DNA of 64,000 nucleotides from Vulcanimicrobiota bacterium (lineage in GTDB: Bacteria > Vulcanimicrobiota > Vulcanimicrobiia > Vulcanimicrobiales > Vulcanimicrobiaceae): contig CAVZQC010000005.1 in NCBI GenBank assembly GCA_963777315.1, positions 32,001 to 96,000 on the forward strand, in the 5' to 3' direction. Positions within the stretch are counted from its first letter, which is position 1. Each line of letters starts with the position of its first letter. Position numbers and translations under genes: made by a program. Below the pieces are notes generated by a model. That model had not been told where the DNA came from. It did no database searches and worked only from the letters and a program-made list of their open reading frames with translations. Shown here in pieces: positions 60,158 through 64,000 of the stretch.

Positions 60158-60996
60158 CGGTTTCGGTGAAAAAGCGCAGCGTGGCGCTGTACGTGGACGC
60201 CGAACGTGAGAATGCCCGTTCGCTAGCCGCCCGCGTCGGGAGCGGCTTTCGCGAAAGCGGTTATGCCGTTTCGTCCGTTGCCGACGGCGCACGCCTGGAC
60301 GACGCAGCGCTTCTGGTTACCATCGGCGGTGACGGAACGCTGCTGCGGGCGGCGCGCATGGCCGTCGACAAAGGCATTCCGATCATCGGCATCAATACCG
60401 GCCGTCTCGGCTTTCTGACCGAGTTCGACGAAAACGACGAACGCATCGACGAGCTGCCCGAGCTGCTCGAACGAGGTCTGGTGATCGAGGAGCGCCTGGC
60501 CCTACAGGCAACCTCGAACGGCAAAGCGTTTTTCGCTCTCAACGACGTGGTCGTCCGCAAAGGCGGGGTTTCGCACCTCGTACCCTTCGGTTTGTGCCTG
60601 AACGACGAACAGGCCGCGCACGTGCCGGCCGACGGCATCTGCGTGGCGACACCGACAGGGTCGACGGCGTATTTTTTGTCGGCGGGCGGCTCGATTATTT
60701 CCCCGCACGTAGAGGCGTTCGGCGTCGTTCCGCTGCTGCCGCACACGCTGTTTTCGCGTCCGCTGATCGTTCCGGCGACTTCGCAAATGTCGATCACGTG
60801 CGACAACGAGCTGCTGCACGCGAACCTGGAATGCGACGGCAACGTCGTGAGCGATCTTGCCGGCGGCTCTACGGTCGTGATCGAGCGCTATCCGCACGCG
60901 GTTCGCTTTGCCCGCATCCAGCGGTTGCGATTCTTCGAGCGTTTGGAGGAAAAGTTGCGCTGGGGCGTGTCGATCAAGGACCAGCGTTTTCGATAG
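60154..60996 (+). CDS. nadK: NAD(+) kinase
   Basis: GGDGT, GRLGFL, LND, DG and TPTGSTAY motifs. Confidence 0.94.
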   Translation: MTVSVKKRSVALYVDAERENARSLAARVGSGFRESGYAVSSVADGARLDDAALLVTIGGDGTLLRAARMAVDKGIPIIGINTGRLGFLTEFDENDERIDELPELLERGLVIEERLALQATSNGKAFFALNDVVVRKGGVSHLVPFGLCLNDEQAAHVPADGICVATPTGSTAYFLSAGGSIISPHVEAFGVVPLLPHTLFSRPLIVPATSQMSITCDNELLHANLECDGNVVSDLAGGSTVVIERYPHAVRFARIQRLRFFERLEEKLRWGVSIKDQRFR

Positions 60997-60998
60997 GT

Positions 60999-62669
60999 AT
61001 GCTGCGGCGGCTGACGATCCAAGATTACGGCCTGATACCGCGCGCCGAGATCGCCTTTTCCGAGCGCGCGACGATGTTCACCGGCGAAACCGGTTCGGGA
61101 AAAACGATGGTGCTGGGCGCATTGGCGTTCGCTTTGGGCGAGCGCGCCAGCGTCGAAGTCGTCCGGCGCGGCCGTCCGCGCGCGACCGTCACCTTGGAGT
61201 TCGAACTCGACGACGCGATGCGCGAGCGCCTGGGCGCGGACGGATTCGATCTCGACCCCGACGAGGATGCAACGATATCGCGGGAAATCTCAGCCGAAAC
61301 GGGCAAGTCGTCCGTGCGGCTCAACGGCCACCCGGCTACGGCAGCGTACGTGCGCGAGGTGGGCGCCCTGCTGGTCGACATTGCCGGACAGCATGAAGCG
61401 CAGCGCCTTCTCGCACCGAGCTATCATGTCGAACTCCTGGATCGGTTCGCCGGCCGGGAAGCGCTGCAAGCGGGCGAACGCGTTGGTTTTCTGCACGCGC
61501 GGCGAGTGGAGGCCGCCAAAGCGCTCGCGTCGCTGGATAGCGACGAGCGCCGAGCGCAGGAGCAATTCGCGTACGCAGAATTCGCGCTTGAAGAGATCAA
61601 AGGCGCCGCGCCGCAACCCGATGAGGACGAGCGGCTCACCGCGCGGCGCCGCGTTCTGGACAACGCGGAAAAAATCGTGAGCGCGCTGCACGCGGCGCAC
61701 GAAGCGCTGGCGGGAGACATGGGCGCTGCATCCGATGCGCTGGGCGTTGCCGGCGCAGCGCTCGGGCATATTTCCGATATCGCGCCGGACTTTGCGCAAA
61801 TCGCCCAGACCGCACAAGGCCTGCAAAGCGAAATCCACGATTTGGCCGCGCGCATAGCGCGCGAATCGGATGCGGTGGAGTTCGATCCGAACGAGCTCGA
61901 GTCGATCAATGCACGCCTGAATACGCTCGACGCGCTCAAACGCAAATACGGCGGATCCGTCCGCACCGTTCTTGAATCGGCACAGGAGTTTCGTTCGACG
62001 ATCGAGCTTTACGGCAACGCCGGTGAGCGCAAAGCGCAACTGGAGCGCGAACTGAAAGAGGCCGCCGTACAGCTCGAGGATGCCGCCGCGCACCTTTCGC
62101 GCATCCGCCGCGGCGCGGCCGACCGGCTGCAAAAAACCGTGGAAATCGAACTTAAAGACCTTGCGCTTGCATCGGCGCGCTTGGGCGTCCAGTTCGAACC
62201 GCTGGCGGAAACCGGCGCAAACGGCGCAGAGGCCGTCGAGTTCACCTTTGCCGCGAACAAGGGGCAGACGCAGCGGCCGCTCGCGCGCGTGGCATCGGGA
62301 GGAGAGATTACGCGCGTGCTTCTCGCGCTCATCGTCGTGCTGGCACAAGCGCGCGGCGGTACGGCGCTGGTCTTCGACGAGATCGATGCCGGCGTGGGCG
62401 GCGTTACCGCAACGGCGGTCGGCGTGCGGCTAGGGCGGCTGGCACGCCACGCCCAAGTCGTATGCGTGACGCATCTGGCACAGATCGCCGCGTGGGCCGA
62501 CGCCCATTACGTGCTCGAAAAAAACGAGAACGGCAGCGCGACCGCGATCGAGGTTCGCGCCGTCGGCAGCATCGAGGAGCGCGCGGCGGAGCTGGCGCGC
62601 ATGCTTTCGGGGCAAGCGCACGACGTTGCGCTGCAGCACGCGCGCGCGCTGTTGGAGCAGGCGGGTTAA
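60999..62669 (+). CDS. recN: DNA repair protein RecN
   Basis: TGETGSGKT, GQHE, ASGGE, FDEIDAG and VTHLAQIAA motifs; ATG at 60999. Confidence 0.94.
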   Translation: MLRRLTIQDYGLIPRAEIAFSERATMFTGETGSGKTMVLGALAFALGERASVEVVRRGRPRATVTLEFELDDAMRERLGADGFDLDPDEDATISREISAETGKSSVRLNGHPATAAYVREVGALLVDIAGQHEAQRLLAPSYHVELLDRFAGREALQAGERVGFLHARRVEAAKALASLDSDERRAQEQFAYAEFALEEIKGAAPQPDEDERLTARRRVLDNAEKIVSALHAAHEALAGDMGAASDALGVAGAALGHISDIAPDFAQIAQTAQGLQSEIHDLAARIARESDAVEFDPNELESINARLNTLDALKRKYGGSVRTVLESAQEFRSTIELYGNAGERKAQLERELKEAAVQLEDAAAHLSRIRRGAADRLQKTVEIELKDLALASARLGVQFEPLAETGANGAEAVEFTFAANKGQTQRPLARVASGGEITRVLLALIVVLAQARGGTALVFDEIDAGVGGVTATAVGVRLGRLARHAQVVCVTHLAQIAAWADAHYVLEKNENGSATAIEVRAVGSIEERAAELARMLSGQAHDVALQHARALLEQAG

Positions 62670-64000
62670 TCCGGAATCTGATGGATCTTCAACAGGTTCG
62701 TTCCGCCGGCGCCAACCGGCATTCCCGTGGTGAATGCCACGCAATCGCCGGGCACGAGCAGGCCATCGCCGAGCATACGCTGCTCGGTGATGTGCAGCAG
62801 CACGTCGATCGAAGAATAGCGTTCGATTAAGATCGATTCCACGCCCCAGAGCAGCGCTAGACGGCGGGCCACTGCAGGGTCGGGCGTGAGAGCGATGATT
62901 CTGGCTCTGGGCCGAAATGCGCTGATGTGGTGCGCGGCGTTGCCGGTCGTCGTCCCGGTGACGATGTACGCAAGGTTCAACTCGGCGCTCGCGCGCGTTG
63001 CGGCTTCGGCTATCGACGTTGCAATGTCGCGCGTCGCGCCCTCCAGGCGCCGAAGCTGCAGGATCTCGTGCGGGTATTGTTTTTCGACCTCGCGGGAAAT
63101 CCCGGCCATCACGCGGACCGCCTCGGCGGGATACCGGCCGCGCGCCGTTTCGCCGGAAAGCATTACCGCGTCGGTTCCATCCAGAATCGCATTGGCGACG
63201 TCGGTCGTTTCGGCCCGCGTCGGACGCGGATTGAACGTCATGGATTCGAGCATCTGCGTAGCGGTTACGACGGGCTTGCTGGCGCGGTTGCAGCGCGCAA
63301 TCAAATCCTTTTGAATCATCGGCACTTGTTCGAGCGGAACCTCGATGCCTAAATCGCCGCGCGCTACCATGATGCCGTCGGCGGCCAAGATGATGTTGTC
63401 GATGTCCTGCAGCGCTTCGTGTTTTTCGATTTTTGCCAGCACGGGAACGCTCTTGCCGCGCTCTTTCATGAAGGCTTTGACGCGATGGATGTCGTCGGCG
63501 CTGCGTACGAAAGACACCGCGACGTAGTCGACGCCTTTGTCCAATCCGAACGACAGAAACTCGAGATCGCGATCGGAAACCGCCGCGATGTTGAGCGTTC
63601 CGTCGGGGTAGTTGATCCCTTGCTGCGCGCGCAGTTCGCCGCCCACTTCCACCGTCGTGCGGATTTCGGTAGCGCTCTTGTCCAGAATGCGCAGCGTGAT
63701 GGCGCCGTCCTGCAGGTACAGGCGCCTGCCCACCGCCACGTCCGCGGGCAGATCGTGATACGAAACCGAGACGCGCTCGGCGCTGCCCTCGATCGGTTCG
63801 CTGGTGAGCACGAACGGATTCCCGCGTTCCAAACGTACGCAAGCGGTACCGTTTTGAAGCGTTCCGGTTCGCACTTTGGGCCCGGGCAGATCTTGGAGAA
63901 TGGCGATGTGCTCGTTCAGTTCGGACGCTATTGAGCGAATGCGGTCGGCGCTTTCGCCATGCTCTTGCGGAGTCGCGTGCGAGAAATTGAGCCGGAATAC
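62666..64000 (-). CDS. pyk: Pyruvate kinase (5' end outside window)
   Basis: FRLNFSH, DLPGPKVR, AKIE, MVARGDLG, ATQMLES and DAVMLSGETA motifs. Confidence 0.96.
   Translation of the reverse strand, partial: VFRLNFSHATPQEHGESADRIRSIASELNEHIAILQDLPGPKVRTGTLQNGTACVRLERGNPFVLTSEPIEGSAERVSVSYHDLPADVAVGRRLYLQDGAITLRILDKSATEIRTTVEVGGELRAQQGINYPDGTLNIAAVSDRDLEFLSFGLDKGVDYVAVSFVRSADDIHRVKAFMKERGKSVPVLAKIEKHEALQDIDNIILAADGIMVARGDLGIEVPLEQVPMIQKDLIARCNRASKPVVTATQMLESMTFNPRPTRAETTDVANAILDGTDAVMLSGETARGRYPAEAVRVMAGISREVEKQYPHEILQLRRLEGATRDIATSIAEAATRASAELNLAYIVTGTTTGNAAHHISAFRPRARIIALTPDPAVARRLALLWGVESILIERYSSIDVLLHITEQRMLGDGLLVPGDCVAFTTGMPVGAGGTNLLKIHQIPD

Overview
A GC-rich, densely coding bacterial chromosome segment. 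It most likely comes from a diderm Terrabacteria lineage such as Candidatus Eremiobacterota (Vulcanimicrobiota). This is inferred from the Firmicutes-like gene order, a GAAC-N4-GTTC LexA box and a TonB/ExbBD cluster, and was not verified by search. The first ~19 kb is accessory: secreted repeat proteins, a CHASE3-SpoIIE phosphatase, a sortilin/BNR hydrolase, a cyclase-STAND-TPR protein, an uncharacterised five-gene operon of exported proteins, a cytochrome c pseudogene, a DUF2249-Crp regulator and a heme-oxygenase-like enzyme behind an attenuator. The rest is mostly housekeeping: serS, moeA, smpB, tilS-hpt-ftsH, rsmA, mpg, rho, aroF, exbBDD-tonB, uppP, moaC-mog-folC-folP-folB-folK-accC-nusB-PBP1A-xseAB-tlyA-nadK-recN and a partial pyk. 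The best leads are: (1) the exported beta-rich operon at 10.7-13.4 kb, a possible fibre or pore assembly system; (2) a LexA-boxed, probably leaderless, catalytically dead RNase H-like gene next to mpg; (3) FolK fused to a BCCP-like domain that has lost the biotin lysine, directly upstream of accC; (4) a coupled pseudo-HD-GYP / pseudo-DNA-methyltransferase pair; (5) a 184-nt branched palindromic element; and (6) several structured leaders. ftsH and tlyA each carry a +1 A frameshift, possibly a sequencing error. I recognised no tRNA, rRNA, CRISPR array or transposase.
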